In this document: positions 1-10,590 of the stretch, in pieces | How positions within the stretch are numbered: the first letter of the stretch is position 1 | Layout: each line of letters begins with the position of its first letter | Assembly: GCA_025558095.1 (NCBI GenBank) | Contig: JAIVFI010000033.1 | Coordinates: forward strand, 310,001 to 374,000 | Direction: 5' to 3' | Source: Hyaloraphidium curvatum SAG 235-1 | Taxonomy: Eukaryota; Fungi; Monoblepharomycota | DNA length: 64,000 bases | Made by a program: the position numbers and the translations under genes | Notes under the pieces: model-generated | What the model was told of the DNA's origin: nothing | Database searches by the model: none | The model's input: only the letters and a program-made list of their open reading frames with translations

Positions 1-143
1 AGCTGCGTCAGGATCTTTTGGACGTCAAGGCGAGTCAGAACGTTCTTTTCTCCTCTTGCTCGGACTGACTCTTGGTCCATCAGTCCATGTACAAGGAGCA
101 GATTGCTGACCTCGTGGAGCAGCTGGCGCAGAGGCCGCAATGA
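1..143 (+). CDS. TMF1: 3' end of TMF1/Sgm1-like golgin (TATA element modulatory factor C-terminal domain), partial
   Basis: Splicing a GC-AG intron at 30-83 (AAG|GCGAGT...CTGAC...CAG) gives LRQDLLDVK-SMYKEQIADLVEQLAQRPQ*, matching the TMF C-terminal 'LR.D..DVK.MYK.QI' motif. Stop at 141-143. Confidence 0.7.
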
Positions 144-306
144 TTGAGATATGGGATAGATTTCACTGTATTTGCTGACACACTTGGCCCATGGAAGGGG
201 AACACGATCGCAGGGAATGACTCAGCGCGGCGGAGAAGGTTGATGGTTGGTGGAGCAAGTCGATCGACGCCTTCCCACCATCACGACGTCCAAAACGTCG
301 CGCGCC

Positions 307-2216
307 ATGGCCTTCAATTTCGGCTCGTTGTTCGAGCACTCCCTCCAGGACGCCGGCGAAGAAACGCGCCGCCTGCCACCGGGACTGGAGCCGCGGCCTC
401 AGTACTCTTTGTTCGGCCCGCCGGGCCTCGGCCCGCTCCGGCCGACGACGCCGTCCTCGGGGCCTGGCACGCCCAGCACGCCTCTAACGGCCTCGCTGTT
501 CGCTCCTCCAGGCTTGGGGCCTAGCAGCCTCGCGTTGCCCTTCACCACAGAGCGCGATGTGGCCGTCGGACACGTCCCCGAGTCGGCTTTCGATTCGCTC
601 TTCGATCGACTCGCCAAGAACCTGGCCCAGTACAGCTCCGTCGCCACGCCGTTTGCATCATCAGCTCAGACTCTCGTCGGGGACCGCGGTTTCGGCACGG
701 TGACGAGCCAGGTTCTGCCTGATGACCACGGCGATCTGCCGGCTGGCCCGACTCCCGAGAGCTTCGACAGTGCGGAAACTCGTGCGTTTACCGAAGATTC
801 GGATAGCCTGGCCAGGATGAGCCCCATCAGCCCCACTGGGTCATCGACGTGGGCCAAAGTGGCCACTTTCAACGTCCCCTCTTCATCAGCGGGACTCGCC
901 CGTTTCCGCACCATCGAGGACGAAGTTTCCTCGGTCGAGGATGGAATCAACGTTGGTTGATGCGCGCGCCCCAAAGCTCCGCATCGAGCTCGAAACGTTC
1001 CGCTTTCGCAGATCTCTCCGGGGAAAGAGATCGAAAGCCCTGAGCATCAGAGGGCCGTCGTACGGGTGTCGGATCTGCCCCGGCACTTTGCGCATGCAGA
1101 CATCAAGAAGGTGCTGCCGATTACTTGCCTTTCTGCGCATCATGTCGCTGATTTCGCCATTCCTTCAGATGCTGAAGGCGCACGGAGTCCGGAGCTCGAT
1201 CGTGAGTTCTAGACGATTGATCTGCGATCTGCGCCATCCTAACCATTGGTGCAACTGAAGACCCACTTCATCATCAATCGGAAGACTTTCGGTAGCTTGG
1301 TGAAAGCTCGTTAGGACGTGAAGGTGGCACTGATGCACAACCCTTGCAGAGAAAGTCACCGCTGAAGGCATCAGGTCCCCGCTGCCCGTGGAGGAGGTCT
1401 ACCTCGAGTTCAAGGTAGCTTCGTACGCGGACGCGCTGCTCAAGTCGCCGCAGCCCAAGATCGGCGGCAAGCCCGTGGCGATAGCGCCGAGCGATGCGCC
1501 GGAACTGCGGGCCGCGCTCTTCCCCAAGCTCAAGGGCAGGGACAAGAGCGATGACTATCCGGTGCTTCCCAAGGACGAGATCGCCGCCATACTAGACTTC
1601 TGTACGCGTGCCGAGGTACGTTTGGTTCGCTTTTGTGCCGGTGTCCTCGAGTGACGCCTTTCGCCAAGGCGGCATTCCCACACGACAACTCGATTCCGTT
1701 CGAGCACGTCTGCTCGATCCTCCAGAAGATCGCGCGCATGGACAGCGACAAGGTCCCCGACATGCAGAGGAACGCCGTGGTTCGTGGCTTTTGCGCGATC
1801 GGGCGAACCCAGGTCCGTTTACGCTGGCGACGCAGTACGATCTCGCGAAGCTCTCGATCAACGCCCTGCACCTCAAGCTCTCGGCCAAGCGCGGCAACTA
1901 CGTCGGCCTGCAGCAGGGTCTGCTCGTGAAGCTGGTCGTCGCGGCGCTGACGGGTCGGTGCCCGGCCGGGAGCAAGGCTGCGATCGGCGGCGAGCTGACC
2001 ACTGCGTCCCGTTCAGTGCCCAACTTCACCCCTCGGCAGAAGTACAACATCACCAAGGAGTCGGGGTTGGCGCCCTCGCACGTGGGTAACGGCCAAATGC
2101 GACGGGGACCACGGTCTCAACTTCTCGCGCAGCTCCCGACCGAGATGCAGGGCCACTTCGTCGAGCCGCCCCGCCCCGTGCGGTACAACCCCGCCACGGG
2201 CCGCCCCTCCGAGTGA
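307..2216 (+). CDS. RRM-domain RNA-binding protein with low-complexity N-terminus (multi-exon)
   Basis: Spliced product contains [21 protein letters not shown]...[15 protein letters not shown]...[13 protein letters not shown] (RRM-like), followed by a helical domain ([11 protein letters not shown]...VPNFTPRQK). About 6 short GT-AG introns. Confidence 0.55.
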
Positions 2217-2303
2217 TCGGACCGCAACGCCAGCGGAACGGGGTCAACTCATCTATCCGGGCGCGCAATCCACCCTGTAAACTAAGCCGAAAAAGCCCGG
2301 CCC

Positions 2304-4980
2304 CTACCGCTTCGTCGTCTTTTCGCCGCGGGCCTTTTTGGCCGCGTCGATGAGCTCCAGCTGGGTCTGCATGAGCACGGGCGAGTGGTGTTTGAATTCC
2401 TGTAGAAGGCGAGGATGATGAGAAGAGCAGCAGCGGTCGCTCCACGGAAGGGCGCACCATCGAGAACTCTCCCTTGCCCTGCGTCCCCGACCTGAGGTCC
2501 GTCGAGAAGCCGAACATGTCGTTGAGCGGCACCTCGGCCTGGATCTCGACGTAGTCGTCGCGGACCTCCGAGTCGAGCACGGTGCCGCGGCGCTTGTTGA
2601 GCAGCGCGATCACGGTGCCCTGGAACTCGACCGGGGCGGAGAGGCCGACCTCCATGATGGGCTCGAGGATGTGGGCGTCGCCCTTGACGAACGCTTCCTT
2701 GAAGGCGTCCCTCACCGCCGTCCTGAAGGCCAGTTCGCTCGAATCCGTCACGTGCGCCAACCCGTCCACGATGGCCAGCCGCGTCTTTGTCACGGGGTGC
2801 CCGATCAGCGGCCCCTTCTCGATGGCGTCCAGGAACCCCTTGTAGATGCCCGGCTTGAACTGCGGCGGGATGTTGTTCCCCTGCGTCTCGTCGACGTACT
2901 CGACCGGCTCCCCGTCCTCGTTGGCCTGCGGCATGGGCTCGATGTACCCGATCACCCTGGCGTACTGCCCCGCGCCGCCCGTCTGCTTCTTGTGCGTGTA
3001 GTTGAACTCGACCCGCCTGCCGAGCGCCTCGCGGTAGGCCACCTGCGGCTTGCCCGTGGCGCAGTCGACCCGGTACTCGCGGCGCATGCGCTCCACGTAC
3101 ACCTCGAGGTGCAGCTCGCCCATGCCCGAGATGATGGTCTGCTTGGATTCGGGGTCCACGTGCACGCGGAAGGTCGGGTCCTCGCGGACGAAGCGGTTCA
3201 GGGCCTTGGAGAAGTTGGCGAGGGCCTCCTTGGCCTTGGGCTCGATCGAGAGCGAGATGACGGGCTCCGGGACGAACATCGAGGTCTGGACCGAGGGGTG
3301 GGGGCAGAACGTCGGTTGCATGTCAGGGGGCGGCAGCGAGACAACCCACCATCGAGTACTGCAGCGTGCCGTCGGTGAAGGTGTCGCCCGACGAGCAGTC
3401 GATCCCAAACAGCGCGCAGATCTCCCCGCTCCCGACCTCCTCCACGTCCTGCATCTCGTTCGAGTGCATCCGCACCAGCCTGGGCACCTTGACCCTCTTG
3501 CCGTTCTTGGCGTTGACGATGTTCATGCCCTTCTTGATGCTCCCCTGGTACACCCGCACGTACGTGAGCTGCCCGTAGCGCCCCTCCTCGAGCTTGAACG
3601 CCAGCGCGACGAGCGGGTCGCGCGACGAGGGGGACAGCGCGGTCTTGGCCTCGCCGCGGGAGAGGTCCAGCGCGGTGTTGGACACCTCGTTGGGCGCGGG
3701 GAGGTAGTCCACCACGCCGTCGAGCATGGGCTGCACGCCCGTGTTCCAGTAGGCCGAGCCGACAAAGACGGGGGTGAACTTGTTGGCGATGGTCGCGCGG
3801 CGGATCGCGGCCTGCCCGAACCCGCGTCAGCGAGTGCGACAGAGATCGGCGGGGCGGGTTACCTTGAGCTGCTCCGCCGTCGGCGTCTCCTCCATGATGA
3901 ACAAGTCCGCGATCTCGTCGTCGACCTCTGCGACGTTGGCCACCAGCTCCGCCTTTTTCTTCTTCGCAAACTCCTCCAGCTCGGCCGGCACCTCCCCCAC
4001 CACGATCCTCTCCCCGTTCGCGCCCTCGTTGTAGTACGCCTTCCACTCCACCAGGTCCACGACCCCCTTGAACTCGGACTCGGCGCCGATGGGCACCTGC
4101 ACGAGCGCGCAGTGCAGCCGGAGCTTCTGCCGCATCTGGTCGACCACGCGCAGGGGGTTGGCGCCGGCGCGGTCCATCTTGTTGATGAAGCAGATGCGGG
4201 GGACGCCGTAGCGCTTCATTTGGCGGTCGACGGTGATGGTTTGGGACTTGAGGGGAGGGGATCACGGATCACGGGGGGAGGGGAACGTGGTCAGCTGGCT
4301 GAAGGGCAGAGGCAGCTGGAGGACCAAGTTACCTGCACACCGCCGACAGAGCACAGCACCAGCACGGCGCCGTCGAGCACGCGCAGCGCGCGCTCGACCT
4401 CGATGGTAAAGTCGACGTGGCCGGGAGTGTCGATGATGTTGACGAACGAGTCCTTCCACTGGCAGAAGGTTGCCGCCGACTGGATGGTGATGCCCTTTTC
4501 CCTCTCGAGCTCCATCGAGTCCATCTTTGCGCCGACGCCGTCGCGCCCGCGGACCTCGTGTATGCCGTCGATCCTCCCGGTGTAGAAGAGGATGCGCTCT
4601 GTCAGGGTGGTCTTGCCCGAGTCGATGTGAGCCGAAATGCCGATGTTGCGCTGCTTCTTCAGACGGGCGGCGTCCTCCGGGGCCAGCTCGAAGGCGGGCG
4701 GCGGGTCGAGGGCGGCTGCGGCGGCGGAGGCCTGGCCGCGGGCGAGGCGGGGGTGTGTGCGGGGCCTGCCGGGTGCAGCCGGGGCACGGTGTGCGCGGGG
4801 CGCGGTCCGGCACGCCGCATCGCGGGGCTGCGCGGCCAGCAGCGCCAGCGTCCTGCGCGCGGCGGGCTGCGGCGTCCGCGCGGCGGCGGGCGCGGCGTGC
4901 GCGGGCGGCGGGGCGGGGGACGCCGCGCGGCCCGCCGCCGCGGAGAGCGCGGCACCCGCGCGGTGCGCCACCGGCCTCAT
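2304..4980 (-). CDS. MEF1: Mitochondrial elongation factor G1
   Basis: [71 protein letters not shown]. Arg/Ala-rich presequence; 4 introns. Confidence 0.97.
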
Positions 4981-5083
4981 GGCGCTCTACGCGTCACAGA
5001 AGGGGAGGGAGAGGCGGAACCGCAGTGGCGTCGTTTGTTGTCGATGACGCGCGCCTGACCCGCCGACACTGAGAACCGCCGAA

Positions 5084-6274
5084 ATGTCAAAGCTCGCGGA
5101 GCTGCTGGAGGCCGTGCTGGCCTCGGACGACCCGCCCTGTGGCGCAGATCTGGCGAGAGAGCTGTTACGGACAGACTCCGTGGGCGGCGAGGTTCCCCCC
5201 ACGCCCGAGGAGCCCGATGCGCCGCCCTCCGCTCCGGGGTCCGCGGTCCCGCTCCCCGACCTTCCCGAGGAGGCCGTGGACGGAGGATCGGGCGGCACGG
5301 ACGCACCTGCGGAGGGCGCCAACGACGCATCGCGGGAGAACGAGGAGCCGGCGGCCGCCAGCAAAGACGGGATCAGCGCCGAAGCTGCTTCGCCACCGCC
5401 GGCCCCTCTCGCCCTCGACCCCGCGTCGCTACGCGCCCTGGTCGCCGCATTCGACGATGCCTACGCGCAGCACCGCGGGGAGCACCTCGCCGCGCTCGGC
5501 GGGACCGCGGACGTCGAGGTCTCGACCCGCCCGCTCCACGGGTTCCTTGCCCGGATGCTGGTTGACGCCCGCAGCCGGACACGAACGGCGCTACCCCCTC
5601 TACCGGTCCTGGAGGGCATGCCACCGGAACGCGAGGAGGCGGCGAAGCTCAGGGAGGACGCCGCGAAGCTCGCGGACGGGTTCCTGGACGCCCTCGAACC
5701 GCTCGACCCGTCCTTCCTCGACCCCGCCGCCGACCCTCCCGACAACCCCGGCATCAGCACTCCCACCTTCCCCCCCGCCGCGCTCGACGCCGCCCGCCGT
5801 TTTCTCGCCTTGCTCACCCCGCAATCGCTCCTCCTCCTCCTCGCCCACCGGCTCACCACGGGCTCCACGAGCACCGCCCTCCCCCCCTCCCTCCCCTCGC
5901 TCCTCGCCGCCTTCCTCGCCCCTCACGTTACCGCCCGCCCGCACAAATCCCCCCGGCCCGCGTCGCAGCTCCTCACGTCGGGCTGCGTCGCCCTCTCGAA
6001 GCACTCGCAGCGCTCCCTCTCGGGCGCATGGGGACAGTGCACCGGTCCCGTCCCGCAGCGCAACGCGGCAGCGGCGAGGGTGCTTGCGCGTGTCTTGGGC
6101 CGCGCGGCGTGGGCCAATGCGCACGGGCTGCCGCACGGGGTGGTGGCGTACGAGGTCAGGGACGGCGAGGGGTACGGGGCCAGGTGGACGGTGGACGAGG
6201 GGGGTGGGGTGAGGTTCAGGGGGTTTTTGGAGCCGCCGATGGAGGACGGGCACGGGAGGGGGTGGGTGCACTGA
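5084..6274 (+). CDS. Intronless protein whose C-terminal domain resembles that of plant ASCH-domain proteins
   Basis: 396-aa ORF ending LTSGCVALSKHSQRS..GAWG...WANAHGLPH...YEVRDGEGYGARW...FRGFLEPPMEDGHGRGWVH*. Confidence 0.7.
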   Translation: MSKLAELLEAVLASDDPPCGADLARELLRTDSVGGEVPPTPEEPDAPPSAPGSAVPLPDLPEEAVDGGSGGTDAPAEGANDASRENEEPAAASKDGISAEAASPPPAPLALDPASLRALVAAFDDAYAQHRGEHLAALGGTADVEVSTRPLHGFLARMLVDARSRTRTALPPLPVLEGMPPEREEAAKLREDAAKLADGFLDALEPLDPSFLDPAADPPDNPGISTPTFPPAALDAARRFLALLTPQSLLLLLAHRLTTGSTSTALPPSLPSLLAAFLAPHVTARPHKSPRPASQLLTSGCVALSKHSQRSLSGAWGQCTGPVPQRNAAAARVLARVLGRAAWANAHGLPHGVVAYEVRDGEGYGARWTVDEGGGVRFRGFLEPPMEDGHGRGWVH

Positions 6275-6476
6275 TCCCTCCCCGGTTTGGGGACTGAGAA
6301 GCCAGCAATGAGTGCGCTGAACTGGCGGCCGGCCTCGCCGAACAGCAGCCGTCGGATCACGGTAAATGAAGCCGTTCTTGTACGTTTGTACGACAACTGC
6401 CCCGTCGCATGACACGTCGACACTATGGGCTTAGGACTGACGACGGATCCGGCCGGGCCAACTGTGTAATCCCTCA

Positions 6477-8748
6477 TCACTTGAAGTACTCCCTCGCATT
6501 GTGCTCAGTGTTGTCCCTCAGGTCTATCACCTTGACGTTGCCGCCCGTCTTGTCCAGAATTGCGAAGCTCTTGGCCTGGTACTTGATCGTGCAGCGCCCG
6601 TCCACCTTGCCCTCGACCAAAACATCTCCATTCTCGGCCCGCAGCTCCACCTCCGACTCGCCATCGATCTTGCCCTTGATGATGATGTCCTTCGCGGCCC
6701 AAATCCTGACCTTGGATTTACCGTCGATCTTGCCGTTGCCGGCGGTGCCGATGACCACGCTGCCGTCCCGGGCTACCAGCGTCGTGGTCGATTTCCCATC
6801 GATGAACTCTCTGACTTCGATGCTGCTGGCCACGAGATTGGAGTTGGACATCCCGTCGATCTTGCCAACCTTGATGGAACCCGCGCCGTCGATGTTGACG
6901 TGGGCACCTCCGTCTATCTTCTCGTACTCCTGATTCCCCGTCGCCTTCAGGTTTGCTCCGACGTCACTGCCGTCAAACCGGATGCCCGTCGTTGCAAGCC
7001 GTGGCGAGGGGCTGCAAGGCCGGGATCGTAAGGGGGGAGAGCATTTGCACCCGGGGCAAGTAAACTCACGATCGAGCGAGGCTGAAGAAAGGGAGGGAAC
7101 TAGGTGCGGAACTGTTGCCGGAGATAGCCGCCCCAACCAGTTCAATGACGGTGGAGGATTGTGCCGGTACGGTTCCAGCCCCAAAGTTGGCCACTTCTGC
7201 GTCGTTGTCCAGAGACTGGCTGCCGGATAATGAATCCTCCCCAGGCTCTGATATCTCCTTTTCCTCCACATCTTGTGAAGATTCGATCTTGACAGCTGCA
7301 CTTGCTGGCGAGAAATCAACCACCTCAGCTGAATCCTCCAAAGGCCGGCTTTCGAGCACATCACCCTGCCCACGCTCCAGGATCTGCTCCTTTCCACCTT
7401 GTGGCGATTCACGTTCCGGCTCTGAACCGTCCAGTGCCACCCTGCCTTCATGATGCACAGTCATGTGGGGTCCAAATGCAGCAGTCCAAGTCACGAAGGC
7501 AACATATGCTCCTAGGGCCAATGTGACCGGGATCGAAGCAGCTGAAGACATCAATGCTGCCGCCACCAGTCCACCAGCAACGATAGCAGTGCGACTACTT
7601 GGCGAAGTGGATCCGGTGCCAGGGGCACCGCTGGGTCCACCGGAATGCTGCCCATTTGACGACCTGCCCCCAGCATCACTCCCTGGACCACTACCAGAGG
7701 AACCTCCAGCTGATGGTGCTTTGTTAGGCGATTGACGAGAGCTTGCTTCCGGCTCCAACTCTGCAGTCAGCTCCAAGGTGGCAGAGCGTCCTCTCAAACG
7801 CAGCGGTGGCATTTCGACGCCATTCAGGTGGATTTCGATGCGATTCAGCTGAGAGCTAGCCTGCCTCACCCTCAGCTTGAGCTTAATGCCCCGTGGAGGG
7901 TCGTCGGAGGGTTCGAATGAAACATCCACGTCATGCTCGCTGGAAGCAACAGATCTCGGCCTCTTGGAACTAGAAGGACCAGCTATGGGTTGAATTGTCG
8001 AAACGTTTGGCTGCTCTTGTAAGCTTTGCTCGCGAACATGGCTGCGCCAAGGCCAGTTCTCGCACTTCTTCCCTTCACCCTTGTTGATGCCATCACGTTG
8101 CACTGAACAACCGAATGAGCTTGGTGGTTGCAACAGCATTCCGAAACATCTACCTGGCTTGCGGCACCTTAAACAGCGGTATGGCGGCTCTTCCGTCTCC
8201 AGGTATCGAATCGAGGGATCCCTTACATGAACTAGCCCATTGTCCGCAAGGTTCCTCAGCTCCATGTTTCCCCGAAGCGCTTCCAGAAGGTAGTCGGCTA
8301 CGTAGAGGCGATGGTAGGGCACGTTTTCTTCTCCCAAACTTGAGCCGAGATGATTGTACTTCTTCCTTGCCCTTACAAAGCTCTCGTGGGAGTAGAAGTG
8401 TCCCGATGCTATCGCCAAGCTGACCCAAAAAGGAACGGGAGCTTTGGCACCGCCGCGATCCGGTTCAGGGTACCTATTCTGCGGCCATCCGCGAGCGGCC
8501 ATCTGGATTAGCAGATCAGCTGACTTCGGGACACTCAAATTTCCCCAATCTACGGCCTCCAAATCGTTCGCCACTGTTTCCAAAAGCTCTGCCCGCTCCT
8601 CAGCGGACAGTGTTCGCTTTGTTTGCACCCCATCCGCTGTGCTGGTAACGTCGACCAGCGGAAGCCAATCGGGGTCCGTTGGCACATCGTCCGCGGCGTC
8701 TGCCGACCCTCCTTCGCCTTCAGAGTCGTGGAAATCGTCCGAAGACAT
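6477..8748 (-). CDS. Two-exon ~737-aa protein: Cys-rich motif, hydrophobic hairpin and C-terminal (K/F)(I/V)DG beta-solenoid repeats
   Basis: The apparent stop of the 560-aa ORF lies inside a GTGAGT donor (7069). A 58-nt intron ending TTGCAG (7012) joins it in frame to the repeat ORF ending at 6477. Confidence 0.6.
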
Positions 8749-8859
8749 GGCTGCAGGTTGATTGCACCTCCAGAGAGAATGACGAACGGAAGGCGGCGCG
8801 CGAGCGGGTCAGCGACCGCCGATCGCGATCGGGCGGCCCGAATCACCGCCCAGCCACAA

Positions 8860-8894
8860 ACGCACGCACGCACGCACTCACGCACGCACGCACG
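8860..8894. repeat. (ACGC)n tetranucleotide microsatellite, one interruption
   Basis: acgcacgcacgcacgcactcacgcacgcacgcacg in the divergent intergenic region. Confidence 0.85.
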
Positions 8895-8902
8895 ATGGAC
8901 CA

Positions 8903-8908
8903 TATAAA
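8903..8908 (+). promoter_or_regulatory. Putative TATA box
   Basis: CATATAAAG about 105 bp upstream of the ATG at 9011, in otherwise GC-rich DNA. Confidence 0.45.
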
Positions 8909-9010
8909 GAGGCGCGGTTCGCGAATCATCACTTTTTCAACGCAAACATCAATCACTTCCCGTCACACCCATCCTCACCCTCATCCGGGCCCCACCTGTC
9001 CGCCGGCCCC

Positions 9011-10077
9011 ATGCCTGCGGAGATACACGGCGCGATGGCGGTCAACGCCCTCGTGGCCTCGCTCGAAGTCCTGTATGGGATCTTCCTCATTTCTGGCGCC
9101 TGGACGGTGGTGATGCAGGGGGACTGGAACCTCGCGACCTACTTCGACGGCATGTCTCGCAACAGGCTCTGTGGGTTCCGTCGTGCGCGGTCTCGGGCCT
9201 GGTCTGACTGCGGACGCATGGCAGACGTTGGTCACCTCGTCAGGCGCGGTGCTCCGCCCTGCATCGGCCTCAGGTTCACCCGCACGGCACTCGAGTTCCT
9301 GTATGCCGGTCCCGACGGCACCACTCGCGTCGGCATCCGTGCCCGCTACCGTTTCGGCGCGCCCATGGCTCGCATGACCCTGGGCGGCGACGGCTACTGG
9401 CGCCTCCACTCGGAAACGTTCTCCCCTCCGCACGTCCCGGACAACATCGTGTACACCATGCTCCAAGACCGCGATGACAACCACATCCCGGCCGACTTCT
9501 TCATCTATGACGGTGGGCCCCGCGGCCCGCTCTCCCACTTGCGCTCACCTCCTGCGCTTGTGCAGTGGACCCCGCCATCGCCAAGCCTCCACCCCAGCAC
9601 TTCGCGTTCGCCGGCTCCCTCGGATTCACGGAGGTGCGCAGCGACGTCATCATCTGCGTGGACGACGGCGTCGGCAACTTCAAGCTGTGGGGCTCGAACT
9701 CCCACATGCTTCAAGGGGTGAGTTGGCCGATTGCAGGACCCGTGAGCGCGTCTGACTCGGCCCGTTCACTCAGTTCCCTCGCTACGCCATCATTTACCTG
9801 TATGGTGCCGACGACCACCTTGTCTCATCGTACCGCCTCGACATGGACGTTCCCCCCCGCGGCTTAGGCGGCCTCACGATGCGCGACAAGCGACTCGACC
9901 TCGCCTTCCCTCCGGGCGGTGTCGTGAAAGTGGCGGTTGTCTTCGGCGGACCTCAGCACGAAGCCGTCAGCGCTCAGGAAGCTCTTGCGGTGGGATCGTC
10001 GGCACCTCCCTTACTGTGCGCTGACCCCGCTCGTGCAGACCGCCCTTCGGGTCGCCGGAGCTCTCGCCCTCATTTGA
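9011..10077 (+). CDS. Hypothetical 5-exon protein (orphan)
   Basis: Four GT-AG introns with CTGAC/CTCAC branch sites join the ORF pieces into one frame: MPAEIHG...RL|YVGHLVRRG...IYD|VDPAIAK...LQG|FPRYAII...ALA|TALRVAGALALI*. Confidence 0.6.
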
Positions 10078-10590
10078 AGCGCCGACAGCAAGGCCCTCCG
10101 CGCGGGTTGCTCTTTACGGCGAGCGCCTCTGCAAGGGAGATCCGTGTTAGCCGCCACTTGCTTTGTTTGTAGCGGACATCGTTCCCAGTCAGCATAGACG
10201 CGGTTTCGATCGCAAGCTTCTCGCTCTTGTCTGGTTGCCAGGGACCCCAGCTTTCCTGACGCAGATCGGCCCTAGCATATGGCGTTTGCGGCTCGTGGCA
10301 CGTTGCACGAGTGCGAACAGAGCCATCTGTTTCCTGATCTCGCCTGCAGGAGCAGAGTCCGGCGATCAGTCGGTCGTCACCGCTTTAGAAGAAAGTTGGA
10401 CGTGGACGCGGCAATACGGGGTGAGCAGAGTCAAGATGCCGGGCCTGAATGTCTTTTGACTGGCGAGGATGTCGATCCACCGTACCAAGCTTCGGATAGG
10501 ATCCTCAGCGCAAGCCGCCCTCGACGTTCCACTTCCCCGCATCCAGATAGACGTGCACCTGACGGTGCTCCCTCTTCTTCGGCGCTGGCG

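Noticed and set aside
3050-4585. 511-aa + strand ORF and many similar long ORFs (e.g. 35371-36384, 52506-53813, 60542-61864, 47184-48311)
   Set aside because: Antisense shadows of conserved genes (EF-G, UBA1, NUP107, eIF3A, BRD), expected from high GC3 codon bias.
7070-8748. AT-richer intronless ORF as a transposon or viral gene
   Set aside because: No transposase, RT, integrase or capsid motif and no terminal repeats or target-site duplication seen; it splices to a downstream exon.
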